Source of the DNA: Candidatus Latescibacterota bacterium
GTDB taxonomy: Bacteria; Latescibacterota; UBA2968; GCA-2709665
Direction of reading: 5' to 3'
DNA: 64,000 nt
Assembly: GCA_965219455.1 (NCBI GenBank)
Contig: OZ244744.1
Location: forward strand, 2,560,001 to 2,624,000
The position numbers and the translations under genes were made by a program. The notes below the pieces were generated by a model. It saw only the letters and a program-made list of their open reading frames with translations, did no database searches and had not been told where the DNA came from. Positions 1 through 10,519 of this stretch are shown one piece after another (within the stretch, counting starts at the first letter, position 1; every line of letters starts with the position of its first letter).

Positions 1-1759
1 TGCGAAGAAGAACACCCAAGAGATTGTGCTCAGTCGCGAGATCTGGAACTGACGCTGATCTGACTTCCTCACGCCAAGCCTTCTCGAATCCCGATGCCGT
101 TTGTTCTGTCACGAGCTTTTCACCCACCTCTTCTCGGTACCCAATCATGTTGATAAGTTCCAATTTCGAAGACAGCGACTTCAATTCTGGCAGGATCTCG
201 CGAACCGCAGCTTTGATTGAAGTAGAGTCTGGAAGGCATTTTAAGAGGCGAAATACGACACAGGTTACAGTAAATGTGGGAGGGAAATCTAACGGACCCA
301 ATTGTCTTTCGGATAGCGGTAGGAGATTGAGCAATACAACCGAACCTGGAATTGCGTTTTCTGTGCTGAATTCTTCCTCGAAATAGTCAAGAGAAGCAAT
401 GACGCTCTGGAGTCGTCTCGGATTGATAGCAAGCAGGCATTTTTCGAAAGCATCACGATCTGCCATGTGCCTTACTATTCCCTCTGCTTCATCAAAGGCT
501 TGCAGGCTGTCGTTTTTTACTCGCTCAAGATAAAGCCGAAGAATGTCCTTGTGGCCTACGCGACGCCCCTTTAGCCACTTGCTTCTCCATTCGTCTCCAA
601 AGGAACTCCCACCTACATGATGTGCTGCCGCAGGAAAGATCTGCAGTATCAAATTCTTAACTACACCCCCGCGGTCTCCGGCAGCTTTGATCAAGCATTC
701 AATCTGCTTCGTATAATGAGATTCAGGTTTGGGGACCAGATTTGGATCGTCAATATCATGTGAGTCAGTAAGTGTTTCAACAGAACTATACAATCGTGTG
801 TACACATTTGGAAGGAACATACGAATCGCTTCGAGCGCCAAGAGGTCGACAAGGGCAATTTCCCCGTTTAGGGATCTGACAGTGCCCTGAACTGATGTGG
901 CGTATCGGCGCACGTCTCGCATGTTTCTTATAAATGGCCGAATGACGCCCATAAACACATCTGGCGAAAGTTGCTCATCGACCTGGCTGACATTGTCGAC
1001 GTTTGCGAGAGCGCCTTGCAAGGCCGCTGTAAGTTGGCTATCAAGTATATTACCGGGCACTTCAGGCAAATCAAAAGCTACCTGAAGGATTTTTTCCAGG
1101 TAGTCGCGTCCGCTTATACCATGTTCAGTGAGCGCCTTTTCGACCCGGCCTCGGTCAAAGGCTACAATATAAACGATATTGGGAAAGTTGGCAGTTAGCC
1201 GAATCAGCTTGAAAATGTCTCGGATCTCGGACTTCATAAGTCGATCAACGTCATCAATAACAACCACGATCGGTTTTTCAAAATTGGAAAGTGCTGTTTC
1301 AAGTTTTCGTCGCTGAACAAAAACACTTTGTTTGCGAGGCACGGGAATCTTGCTCAAGACTTTTCCAAGTCCCCCTACCCAAGGATTGCCTGAAACAACA
1401 GAAAGTATTCCGGAAAATGCCCCGCCATAACTTGCGATGAATTTACCTATCCGGGCGAGCCGCCTACCGCGAACCTTGAGTTGGCCGGCAAGTTCGGCGA
1501 AAAATGACTCGACGAGTTGTGCCGTACCGCTGAACATCCACGGATTAAAATCCAGTACAGGGACGTCAGCTTTCTCAAATTCCCACCGAGCAAGGTTAAT
1601 AAATGACGTTTTCCCTGAGCCCCAAGGCCCAAGGACGCCGACTACAACCCCCTCAGCGGTATCAAATTGAAGTACAGTTCGTGCAAATTCAGTAGCGACA
1701 TCATTCCTTCCGATAAGGTCATCTTCGGCTCTCTCAATTGGATTGTCGGCGGTGATCAT
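1..1759 (-). CDS. KAP family P-loop NTPase (partial, runs off the left edge)
   Basis: Absent from the ORF track because no stop falls in the window. Manual translation from ATG 1759: MITADNPIERAEDDLIGR...VVGVLGPWGSGKTSFINL (Walker A), then PIVVIIDDVDRL...IFKLIRLTANFPNIVYIVAFDR. RBS GAGGTG upstream. Confidence 0.88.
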   Translation of the reverse strand, partial: MITADNPIERAEDDLIGRNDVATEFARTVLQFDTAEGVVVGVLGPWGSGKTSFINLARWEFEKADVPVLDFNPWMFSGTAQLVESFFAELAGQLKVRGRRLARIGKFIASYGGAFSGILSVVSGNPWVGGLGKVLSKIPVPRKQSVFVQRRKLETALSNFEKPIVVVIDDVDRLMKSEIRDIFKLIRLTANFPNIVYIVAFDRGRVEKALTEHGISGRDYLEKILQVAFDLPEVPGNILDSQLTAALQGALANVDNVSQVDEQLSPDVFMGVIRPFIRNMRDVRRYATSVQGTVRSLNGEIALVDLLALEAIRMFLPNVYTRLYSSVETLTDSHDIDDPNLVPKPESHYTKQIECLIKAAGDRGGVVKNLILQIFPAAAHHVGGSSFGDEWRSKWLKGRRVGHKDILRLYLERVKNDSLQAFDEAEGIVRHMADRDAFEKCLLAINPRRLQSVIASLDYFEEEFSTENAIPGSVVLLNLLPLSERQLGPLDFPPTFTVTCVVFRLLKCLPDSTSIKAAVREILPELKSLSSKLELINMIGYREEVGEKLVTEQTASGFEKAWREEVRSASVPDLATEHNLLGVLLR

Positions 1760-1928
1760 CGCCCACCTCGTGTGTAACGGAAGAACCAACGTTCTACAAA
1801 TACATCAATATGGAGTCTGAAGATACGATGCGGCCCGGAATACCAGTTGTCCATGGGAAGTCAACCTCTTGTAGTGTGAATCGGAACACATTGGTTAAAT
1901 ATGCTGACTCCGATTGATTCGACCAAAT

Positions 1929-3179
1929 TCAGTCTTTTAGAATCTCGATTATTTCTATCACGCTACATTTGGGCTTGGTCACGTCAAACGGCAGACAGTC
2001 CAGTGACGATTGTTTGTCGAATTCAAAACGCAACGGTTCATCAAATTGCTCTGTCTTTGGATAGACAAGCGCAACCTTTCCGCAGCCGTATTTCTTACCG
2101 TATACGAACATCTGGTACATATCGGCCTGATTGACACCTCGTTTCAGACCTCCGTCCTCCGCGTTAATGCGCTTCCATTTCGTGTCCAGGATAAACTCAG
2201 CCTTGCCTCCAGACATCAGACTGATATCCGGTTTCATTTCGAATACCCCCCGCTTTTGAGCATCCGTAACCAGAAATTTTCGTGGTCCTTGTTTACGCAC
2301 TGAATAACCGTCTTGGAGTCGCCGGAAACTGGTCGCCACAAAGTCCTCGAATATCTCCCACATCGGAAACAGCAGCGCCTGGTTGACGTGTTTGCCTGTA
2401 AACGTGGTCAGGCCTTGATCAAAGAGGAACAGCCCGACCCATTGCATTACCGCGTCGTAATGTTGAATCGTACGGTCCACCTGATGCCGGTCCCAGTCGC
2501 TTCGCGGGTGCATTGACAACGGAATATCGGAAAAACTGATGCGCGACTGATGCAGCAACTGCTGGTTTCTCGGCTGCCGAACGGAACCGGTCAATTTTTG
2601 AATCGTGCTATGAATCAATCGATTGGCGGGGCGATTGGCGTTGAACTCGTCGTAGCCCACGTAAAAACGCGCGCGATTGGACGAATTTTCCCGGATGTGT
2701 TGGGGAAACAAAATGCGCCCGCGGAGGCAGGGCAGGTTATCCTCAACCGGCTGATAGTGGCGGGCAAGACCGCGCTGTGTGAGCATAACGAGGTTGTTCA
2801 AGAAGAGATGAAAAAACACCTCCAGCATATTGAAACGCTTCACGGCATTGATCTGGCTTTCGTTGAATACAGCCAACGACTTGAAACCGCGCCAGGTGCG
2901 CAACATTTTGAAGAGAATCCGTTTGGTATTTTCATCGCCGTCCGAAAAATCCACCTTCGGCAGGATTTCCAGCACGGTTCCGTTGCGCGTTTCGATAATT
3001 CCAACGTAGTTTCCGGCATACAACCTAGCGTTGCGGACCTGGAGTACCGGCCTGTAGTTGCCCAAGTTATCTTCTCGATGCTCAAGTGCGAACCCCTTAA
3101 AGTCTTCCAATTCGTCCTGGCTGAGACCTGTCAGTTCGTCATGTTCCTTAATAACAAGTGGCTTTTTGATAACGGGCAT
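1929..3179 (-). CDS. mcrC: McrC family modification-dependent restriction endonuclease subunit
   Basis: NYVGII, LEILPK, LFPMWEIFEDFV, PD-(D/E)xK core MKPDI...ILDTKWK, ADMYQMFVYG; directly downstream of an McrB-like gene. Confidence 0.92.
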   Translation of the reverse strand: MPVIKKPLVIKEHDELTGLSQDELEDFKGFALEHREDNLGNYRPVLQVRNARLYAGNYVGIIETRNGTVLEILPKVDFSDGDENTKRILFKMLRTWRGFKSLAVFNESQINAVKRFNMLEVFFHLFLNNLVMLTQRGLARHYQPVEDNLPCLRGRILFPQHIRENSSNRARFYVGYDEFNANRPANRLIHSTIQKLTGSVRQPRNQQLLHQSRISFSDIPLSMHPRSDWDRHQVDRTIQHYDAVMQWVGLFLFDQGLTTFTGKHVNQALLFPMWEIFEDFVATSFRRLQDGYSVRKQGPRKFLVTDAQKRGVFEMKPDISLMSGGKAEFILDTKWKRINAEDGGLKRGVNQADMYQMFVYGKKYGCGKVALVYPKTEQFDEPLRFEFDKQSSLDCLPFDVTKPKCSVIEIIEILKD

Positions 3180-3319
3180 CGTCAGGCGTCCTCTCCGCTT
3201 TCACCGGTATCGTCTTGTGGTGATGGTTTCCCGCCGTAGATCGACTGGTAACTCACGGGATCCATCCATTTGCTATTATCGGCGGGTAATAATTCATATA
3301 TTTTCTTTTCTTCATCAAT

Positions 3320-5371
3320 TTAGTGCGGTTCGCCTCGCAGATTTTCCGGGATTTCACATTCTCTAATAAACCCGTTGCGATTCAAGACCAGGTCGATTTT
3401 CTCCCAATTATCGTAGAAGTACTCCTGCAGCAACGGTATGATTTTGTGTTTGAACGCGTCCTCGAGCGATTTCAAGTCATCAAGTCCCAGGAAATAGGTA
3501 TGCCCGATCTGATGCTCGCGGTCCAGCAGGAAACGGATGCGCTCGTTCATTGCGGCAAGTAGCATTTGACCGTTCACGCCCTCGATATTCTTACTAATAT
3601 CAGGATGATCCGGCTTTGGCATCATCTCGACAAACTCGAACCGCCGCCGGAGTGCGGTATCCAATAGGGCGATAGAACGATCAGCGGTATTCATTGTGCC
3701 GATGATATACAGGTTGTTCGGTACGCCAAATGTGTCGCCGGAATAGGGGAGCCTGACGGTTGTCTCATCATCCGCACCGATCCGCCTGGACGGTTCAATC
3801 AGCGTAATCAACTCGCCGAAGATTTTAGCGATATTGCCACGATTGATTTCATCAATGATCAGGACATAGTTCTGCTCTCTTTTATTTTTTGCACACTCTG
3901 CGATTTTCCGGAAAACACCACGTGATAGTTTATATTCAAGATTTCCATCCTCCTCCGCGTCATCAGCCAGAACAGGCCTGATACCCTCAATGAAATCCTC
4001 GTAGTTGTAGTTTTGATGAAACGTCACCATCTCAATCTGCCCATTCTTTTTCAATTCATCGAATCGCCGCATTTTGTGATCGCGGTCCATCTTTTCGATA
4101 ACATCCAGCGGCTCGTCCTCAATAATCGCCAGAGCGTAATCAACGGTGTTCCACGTTTTGCCCGTACCTGGAGGGCCATACAGGATCTGATTCAACGGAT
4201 GTGAATTTTCCATAGAATCTTTACTCGGTTCCACGACTTCCTGATTTTCGTCAGTATCGTTGTCTTTCTGAATGCCATTCAATTTACTTATCAGGCCAAG
4301 CGAACGCTTGTAGCTCTCGGCACCTTCGAATGCCCGGTAGGTCCCAACTCCGGCCTTGCTGAAGCCTACCATAGCCGTCAAGCCCGATAGACGTTCTTCC
4401 GTTTTGTTTATCCACAATACGTGAATCCTGCTGTCTTCATTTATCCCCGACACGGCGTAGTCGTTTTTCTGAACGATGCCGATCGCCCTACCCCTTTGTC
4501 TTCCCGTTCTAACCAGGATAACATCTCCCCGCCTAGTTTCGTCCAGAGGATAGCCTACTTCCTCCTCCTCCCACGATTTTCCAGAACCCGGTCCACCGGT
4601 ATAAACCCAGTTATTTTCCTTGAAGCTGCCGTCACGGTTTTCCCAATAATCACCGCCCTTAGGATCATTTACGTAAGTGCTGATTTGATAGAACCTATCG
4701 CTCGCTTGTATTCTTCCGGAGTTCTGAAGATACAAGAACATATTGATTTCATAAGGCTTGCACCCTGGGAATACTGCCGTTAACCTCTCGATGAAAGTTT
4801 GATATTGCTTGTAACCACCGCTTTCAATTGCTGATGGCGCCGGCAGACCAAGAACATCGGATAAATCTGCCGTTGAACTATCCACCGGCAGAAAATATCC
4901 GGGATTAATCAAAAACAGGGATTGTGTCAATTTTGCAGTTGCAACGTTTTTTATATCCAGAACATCCTTAAAGTCAATCGGATCTATCTCTGGATCGTCC
5001 GCTACTGCCTGGCTGAAAAGACGCCAGAGCAAATCTCGATGGAAGTTTTTTCCATCATGAAAAAGCACCCTAAATTGGGGAGTGGGAAATATATAACTGT
5101 CGTCCACGTCACCGTCAGCGTGTGGGCCTTCAATTTCAAACACACGGCCAACGCTGTCGTACACGCGTTTCAGTTGTTTTGCGGTGGCTTTTGAAGCCAA
5201 AAAATAGAAAAAGGAAAACGGATCGATCGCCTCATCGCCATATTGGAGCAGTGAGGGCTTCCCTCCCCACTCCACTTGCCTGGCTCTGTCGATCAGATAG
5301 GCTTCACCGCCTTCCGAAATGTTTTCTGCCAGTTCTCGAAACCACGGCACCCAACTATATATCTCTTTCAT
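3320..5371 (-). CDS. mcrB: McrB family AAA+ GTPase (frame continues past TAA 3320-3322 to TGA 3182-3184)
   Basis: ILYGPPGTGKT, TFHQNYNYEDFIEG, IIDEINRGNIAKIFGELITLIE, GTMNTADRSIALLDTALRRRF, IIPLLQEYFY. Confidence 0.92.
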   Translation of the reverse strand: MKEIYSWVPWFRELAENISEGGEAYLIDRARQVEWGGKPSLLQYGDEAIDPFSFFYFLASKATAKQLKRVYDSVGRVFEIEGPHADGDVDDSYIFPTPQFRVLFHDGKNFHRDLLWRLFSQAVADDPEIDPIDFKDVLDIKNVATAKLTQSLFLINPGYFLPVDSSTADLSDVLGLPAPSAIESGGYKQYQTFIERLTAVFPGCKPYEINMFLYLQNSGRIQASDRFYQISTYVNDPKGGDYWENRDGSFKENNWVYTGGPGSGKSWEEEEVGYPLDETRRGDVILVRTGRQRGRAIGIVQKNDYAVSGINEDSRIHVLWINKTEERLSGLTAMVGFSKAGVGTYRAFEGAESYKRSLGLISKLNGIQKDNDTDENQEVVEPSKDSMENSHPLNQILYGPPGTGKTWNTVDYALAIIEDEPLDVIEKMDRDHKMRRFDELKKNGQIEMVTFHQNYNYEDFIEGIRPVLADDAEEDGNLEYKLSRGVFRKIAECAKNKREQNYVLIIDEINRGNIAKIFGELITLIEPSRRIGADDETTVRLPYSGDTFGVPNNLYIIGTMNTADRSIALLDTALRRRFEFVEMMPKPDHPDISKNIEGVNGQMLLAAMNERIRFLLDREHQIGHTYFLGLDDLKSLEDAFKHKIIPLLQEYFYDNWEKIDLVLNRNGFIRECEIPENLRGEPH

Positions 5372-5513
5372 CTTAGTATGTCCTTCTCCTCAGTGGATTG
5401 AATGACGAAAACGGGCAGGACGCGATGCCGCTTGAATTCAATGCGCGCACATGCCAGCGGCCCTAAAAAGGCACCGTTACTGGGTGAACGGGACCGGGCT
5501 GAATGCTGAATGC

Positions 5514-6134
5514 TTATATCAACCCTCGCTGTATCGCGATAGCGACTGCCTCTGTACGATTTCCCGCGTCGAGTTTGGCCAGGATCTCGCTCACGTGGAA
5601 CTTGACGGTGCGTTCGGAAATGTAGAGTCGGTCGGCGATTTCTTTGTTCAACAGGCCCGTTGCGATCAGTTTCAGCACTTCCTTTTGGCGCGCTGTCAAC
5701 GCATCGGGATTATTGATGCTGTCCAGGAACCTTGAAGCGATCAGCGGCTCGAGCAACGACCCGCCTTCGTTGACCACCCGCACGGCACGAAACACGTCGT
5801 CTCTGGGCGCACCCTTGAGCAAATAGCCCTTCGCGCCGGCCTTCATCGCCGAGACAATGCGCTCGTCGGTATCAAAAACCGTAAATACAATCGCCCGCGC
5901 CCTGGCCTTCCTTTCTCTCAACCGTTGAAGGGTCTCGATCCCATCCACGCCCGGCATCTCCAGATCCAGCAACAGCACGTCGGGGTCGCTATCGGCAACC
6001 TTCTGCAACGCCTCCTCCCCGTCACTGGCTTCTCCCACCACCTCGAAATCGGACTGCGTGTTCAACATCGCAGCCAGGCCGTCGCGCACGACCGGATGAT
6101 CGTCGACAACGAGGATGCGGATCGACTCGCTCAT
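5514..6134 (-). CDS. NarL/LuxR family response regulator
   Basis: VVDDHPVVRDGL receiver, LLDLEMP, GYLLKG, C-terminal LTARQKEVL...NKEIADRLYISERTVKFHV helix-turn-helix. Confidence 0.95.
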   Translation of the reverse strand: MSESIRILVVDDHPVVRDGLAAMLNTQSDFEVVGEASDGEEALQKVADSDPDVLLLDLEMPGVDGIETLQRLRERKARARAIVFTVFDTDERIVSAMKAGAKGYLLKGAPRDDVFRAVRVVNEGGSLLEPLIASRFLDSINNPDALTARQKEVLKLIATGLLNKEIADRLYISERTVKFHVSEILAKLDAGNRTEAVAIAIQRGLI

Positions 6135-7291
6135 ATGCGACGCTCCAGAGGAATACGTATCTCCAGACGCGTGCCTTGCCGTGGCGCGCTCTCAATGGAA
6201 AATGAACCCCCCAGCAAATGTGCCCGCTCACGCATACCGACCAGCCCATATCGTGCTTCTGACGTTTCTTCCGGGTCAAATCCGCACCCGTCGTCTTCAA
6301 CAATAAGCGCCACGCAGTCAGGAGTTGACGTCAATTCAACCAGGGCCTTTGTCGCATCTGCATGCGCCGCGACATTGTTCAGCGCCTCCTCCGCCATGCG
6401 ATATAAACCCGCTTCGACCCTCGCGGACAGGGGATGTCCGCCGACACAATTTATGCGGATGACCAGGCCCTTGTGCGCTCCGAATCTCTGCGACAGGGCT
6501 TCCAAAGCCTCTGCCAACGTGAGACTCTCGAGCGGTACGGCGCGCAAATCCAACACGGCCCGACGCGCATCTTCCAGATTACCGCGAGCCATCGCCATCG
6601 CATCGCGCACGGTTGCGGACAGCTTCTCGCGGTCCGTATCGCTTTCGAGTAGAGCATCCAGTGTTTCGAGCCGCATCAGGATGGCCGCCAGATTCTGACC
6701 CAAGGTGTCGTGTATTTCTCGCGCGAGTCGAAGACGTTCATCCGCGGCGCCGGTTTCGACGCTCTTTTCGTACAATCGCGCACGCTCGATTGCAATGCTC
6801 GTGAGATCGCCGACCGTATTCAGCAAGCGTAAATCTTCCGTTGAGAGTTCGCGCCACTCGACACTGCCCACGTTCAACACGCCAACCTTCTTGCTGTGCG
6901 CGTACAGTGGAATGCTCGCGTGATACCGCAATCCGTCCGTTCCTTCTACAAGCCCCTTGAGCCGGCTGCACGTGACGACATTCACATTCGCAGCCCCCGT
7001 TAAATCGCCTCTTCGAAAGGTGTCCAGGCAATAGCACCAACCCTCCATTTTGGCCGGGTTGTCGTGCAATGCGGGAGGCAGGTTTTGTGCGGCAGCCAGA
7101 TAGGGTTCATTGGTCTCTTCGTTGAAGAGCCATATCCAACTGGTGCTCAGATCAAGCAACGCGGCCACTTCTTCAAGTACCGCTTCGAGGGCTTGATCGA
7201 GGTCCACGGACTGGTTGAGCGCGTGGGCGATCGCATTTAGAATGGAGAGTTCGCGATTGCGTTGCTTGAGTTGGTCGGTTGGAGTTGGCAT
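6131..7291 (-). CDS. GAF-domain sensor histidine kinase (HisKA_3)
   Basis: N-terminal GAF with Cys residues, ERLRLAREIHDTLGQ H-box, EEALNNV, VEDDGCGF, YGLVGMRERA; 4 bp overlap with the regulator. Confidence 0.93.
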   Translation of the reverse strand: MPTPTDQLKQRNRELSILNAIAHALNQSVDLDQALEAVLEEVAALLDLSTSWIWLFNEETNEPYLAAAQNLPPALHDNPAKMEGWCYCLDTFRRGDLTGAANVNVVTCSRLKGLVEGTDGLRYHASIPLYAHSKKVGVLNVGSVEWRELSTEDLRLLNTVGDLTSIAIERARLYEKSVETGAADERLRLAREIHDTLGQNLAAILMRLETLDALLESDTDREKLSATVRDAMAMARGNLEDARRAVLDLRAVPLESLTLAEALEALSQRFGAHKGLVIRINCVGGHPLSARVEAGLYRMAEEALNNVAAHADATKALVELTSTPDCVALIVEDDGCGFDPEETSEARYGLVGMRERAHLLGGSFSIESAPRQGTRLEIRIPLERRI

Positions 7292-7349
7292 GACGATCGT
7301 AAGTATGTGGGTTCGTTATGTCGGAATGCTATGCCAATATACTTCCCGC

Positions 7350-8456
7350 TCAGGGCAAAATCAAATGCAGATCGCCAAATTCATGCCACAGATAACGTTT
7401 GGCGAGCGCGGCGCTATAGGTCAACTTCAGGTGTTCCAACCCCGCCAATGCCTGTAGCATGGACAGATGCGTGGCGCTCGGTTCGTGCAGCCCGGTCAGC
7501 AAACCGTTTACGACTCGCATGGCTCGTTCGGGTGAAATCACGAGAGTTGTCCACCCTTCACCCGGAGAAACCCGTCCGGCCCTATCGGCAACGGTTTCGA
7601 GCGCCCGAACCACTGTGGTGCCCACGGCGATAATCCGCCCGCCATTTTCACTTGCATTGTTGATAACCCGGGTCGATTCGACCGGTACCCGGTAATACTC
7701 CTCATAGGGCGGCTCATCGGCTTCCAGGCTTGCCACACCCGTATGCAGAATCAGCGGCGCAATCTGAATCCCCTTCGCAACCAGTTCCGTGATGCCCTCG
7801 GCTGTGAATGCGCGGCCGGCCGAAGGCATCTCGGCGCTGCCTGCTTCCGTTGCATATACGGTCTGATAATATCCGATGGACCAATTGTCCCGTACATATC
7901 CGTACCGAATGGGCATCCCGTGGACGTCCAGGTACGTTTCCACGTCATAGGGCAAATTCATCGTTGCAATCCACAAACGGACGGCAGCGGCGGGATCTTC
8001 CCGCAAGTCGGGGCGATAGGGTACGTGCAACTGCGCGGATCCGCCACCGGGCAACGTCAACACCTCGCCCGCCCGTGCGTGCGGGAAGGGCCGCGACGCA
8101 TCGGCTGAGCGCACTTCAACCGCCCACATTTCAGCCGGCAATTCCGTCGACAAATGCAGCCTCAGTTCCAGTCCGTCGGACCGAACAACAGGCAACGACG
8201 CTTTGCGGGTGCCGCTTGTGTTAATCACGAGCACGTCGCCCGCGCGTAGCGCCTTGGGCAGATCGCGAAATGCAATGTGTTCAATCGTATCATCGCCTAT
8301 CCGCGACACCATCAACCGAACTTCGTCTCGACTGAGGCCGCGCGCCTCGGGTGGCTCGCCCGCCTCCAGGTGGGAAGGCAGATCAAAGGCCAGAGAGTCC
8401 AGCTTTGAATTCACCATGGTAATGGGCGATACCGTCGTTGGCATCGAATTGGACAT
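7350..8456 (-). CDS. QueA-like (SAM:tRNA ribosyltransferase-isomerase family) protein, divergent subfamily
   Basis: FDLP..L, RDEVRLMV, GDVLVINTS, YQTVYA, GSAEMPSAGRAFT, AVGTTVVRALET, YLWHEFGDLHLI. Confidence 0.85.
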   Translation of the reverse strand: MSNSMPTTVSPITMVNSKLDSLAFDLPSHLEAGEPPEARGLSRDEVRLMVSRIGDDTIEHIAFRDLPKALRAGDVLVINTSGTRKASLPVVRSDGLELRLHLSTELPAEMWAVEVRSADASRPFPHARAGEVLTLPGGGSAQLHVPYRPDLREDPAAAVRLWIATMNLPYDVETYLDVHGMPIRYGYVRDNWSIGYYQTVYATEAGSAEMPSAGRAFTAEGITELVAKGIQIAPLILHTGVASLEADEPPYEEYYRVPVESTRVINNASENGGRIIAVGTTVVRALETVADRAGRVSPGEGWTTLVISPERAMRVVNGLLTGLHEPSATHLSMLQALAGLEHLKLTYSAALAKRYLWHEFGDLHLILP

Positions 8457-8475
8457 AACGTACCCCCTTCAACAA

Positions 8476-9177
8476 TCAACTATCGTTCGTGTTGAATAAC
8501 TCACGCGCCGCGTAGCGACCACTTTCGTGCGAGCCTTCCAGGAGTTCCATAAATCCCGACACGCTCGTGTCTGGCAGAGGTCGGTCGCTGATATCCTCGC
8601 CGGGAAACGCATCTTGATGCATTTGAGTGCGCATGTCGCCGGGATCCACCCAGTAGACGCGCCAATCCGGTCGCTCCGCCGCAAGCACGTTTGAAAGCTG
8701 CTCGAACGCCGCCTTCGAAGAACCGTATCCACCCCAGCCACCGTACGCCTCGCGAGCCGCATCGCTGGTCACATTGATTATGCGTGCACCGGGTTTCAAG
8801 GCATGTTGAACCGCCTGCAGCACGCCCAGGGGCGCAATCACATTGGCGCGATACACTTCCTCCAGGATATCGAGTGGATAATCAAGCAGCGCCGGCTGGG
8901 GACTCGGCCCCAACATACCTGCATTGTTGATGACCACATCCAATCCACCCAGTTCATCAGCAGCGTGAGCGAGTTCCTCCCGGTGTTCCGCCGCTGTCAC
9001 GTCTCCGGAAATGGCGATGACTTCCGTCCACTCTGCCAATTCTTCGTGCGCGGCTTTCAGTGCCTCCGCGCCTCTCGCGTTAATGACCAACCGCCAATTC
9101 CGACGTGCGAGTTCTCGCGAGAGAGCGAGACCCAAACCCCGGGAGGCGCCCGTAACAAGCGCTGTTCGCGTTGACAT
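8476..9177 (-). CDS. Short-chain dehydrogenase/reductase
   Basis: ALVTGASRGLG, NNAG, YGSSK, VDPGDMRT; start placed at MSTRT (ATG 9177) behind a GGAGG RBS. Confidence 0.92.
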   Translation of the reverse strand: MSTRTALVTGASRGLGLALSRELARRNWRLVINARGAEALKAAHEELAEWTEVIAISGDVTAAEHREELAHAADELGGLDVVINNAGMLGPSPQPALLDYPLDILEEVYRANVIAPLGVLQAVQHALKPGARIINVTSDAAREAYGGWGGYGSSKAAFEQLSNVLAAERPDWRVYWVDPGDMRTQMHQDAFPGEDISDRPLPDTSVSGFMELLEGSHESGRYAARELFNTNDS

Positions 9178-9292
9178 AGTCGACCTCCTTTTGTTTTGAG
9201 ACGCCAACCGTGATGATTCGCCATTCTCTTGTCGTGGTTGAAATTTAGCTATAAAAATAGCCCCCCGCATCGAACGGAAGGCGTGTTTGAAT

Positions 9293-9333
9293 CCTGTTCT
9301 TTCGGACAGGGTAGTCCTGCCCATCCTATCAGC
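9293..9333. promoter_or_regulatory. Putative response-regulator binding palindrome upstream of the SDR operon
   Basis: Imperfect palindrome CCTGTTCTTTCGGACAGG (9293-9310) and a weaker CCTG-starting copy 23 bp later. Confidence 0.3.
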
Positions 9334-9507
9334 AATTCCCGCAGACGTTACATCCCGTTGCAATGACCCGGAAGCGCATCCAACCCGCGCCAGTCCCCTT
9401 CACGTCCGGCCGCCCAAAACCCTCCCGCACCCACGTGGTCCTCCGCGGGCATCCATTTGCGACTGACGTTCGCCGGACTTTCAATACCCGACTTACCGAT
9501 TCAACGC

Positions 9508-10519
9508 CTATCGAAACAGTACGAGGGAATCGCCCACCGCGGTCTTTAAGCCCAGGAATCTCGTTGGCAGGGCAGATGCCGAACCAGGGATGACTATGAC
9601 AGGACCGCCCTCTGTTTGGGTCACCACGACGGTCTCGCTCTCGGTCGCTCCCACTGCAATTGTGGCCTTATCCGCCGACAGGGTGCCGCCCCGCGCCGAA
9701 AGGCTGACGGTCATTTCACGCGGCGCTCCTTCGACAACTTTGATGACGACGTTCGCGGGCCCCGGCGCCGTCCTGTCTTTGTTGTCCTTGCGAACCAACT
9801 CAACCGTCAGGGTAAAGGGCGACCCGGGGTTACCGTGAAGCCAGAGCGTTCCCACCCTGGACAGTCCGGTGAATATCCCCTCAGGAAGCCGGACGAATCC
9901 GCAATCGAACAGGGTGAGGGATCCCAATCTGGGGAGACCCGAGAATACGCCCCTAGGTAGCGTGCTCAGTTGATCGTTTCCAAAAAGACTCAGGCCGTTC
10001 AGGTTTGTCAGTCCGGAGAAAGCATCTTGTGGCATTGTTTTCAATTCATCGTTGCCATAAACGCCCAGGTACTCCAGGTTGGTCAGTCTGGAGAAAGCGT
10101 TCTTTGGAAGCGCGCTCAGCTTGTCGTTTGAAAAGACGACCAGGTGTACCAGGCTGGACAGGCCGGCAAATACACCCTCCGGCAACGTGCGAAGTCCTTC
10201 GTTATTGAAAATGGTCAGGAAACGTAAGCTATCCAGGCCGGAAAACACCCCTGCGGGCAATGTGGTCAGTGGATGGCTGTCATTAAGGCTTATGTACCGC
10301 AGATTGACCAGGCCGGAAAATATCCCGGCAGGCAGCGTGCGTACGTGTATAGTGTATAAACGCAGGCGACGCAAGTTCGACAGACCGGAGAAGACGCCTT
10401 CCGGCATAATCCGCAAACCCGGAGAAAAAAGCCGCAGTTCCTGCAAATTATCCAATGTAGAAAATACGCCTGCCGGCAGTTTGCGTAGGTCGTCATTATA
10501 CAGCCGCAACACCTCTAGA
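9508..10519 (-). pseudogene. 3' fragment of IS-disrupted leucine-rich repeat protein
   Basis: About nine LxxLPxGVFSGLxxLxxLxL repeats and a beta-rich C-terminus; joins the 5' fragment in frame once the IS is removed. Confidence 0.9.

Noticed and set aside
7350-8456. Assigning the gene symbol queA
   Set aside because: Motifs diverge from canonical QueA and the context is atypical.
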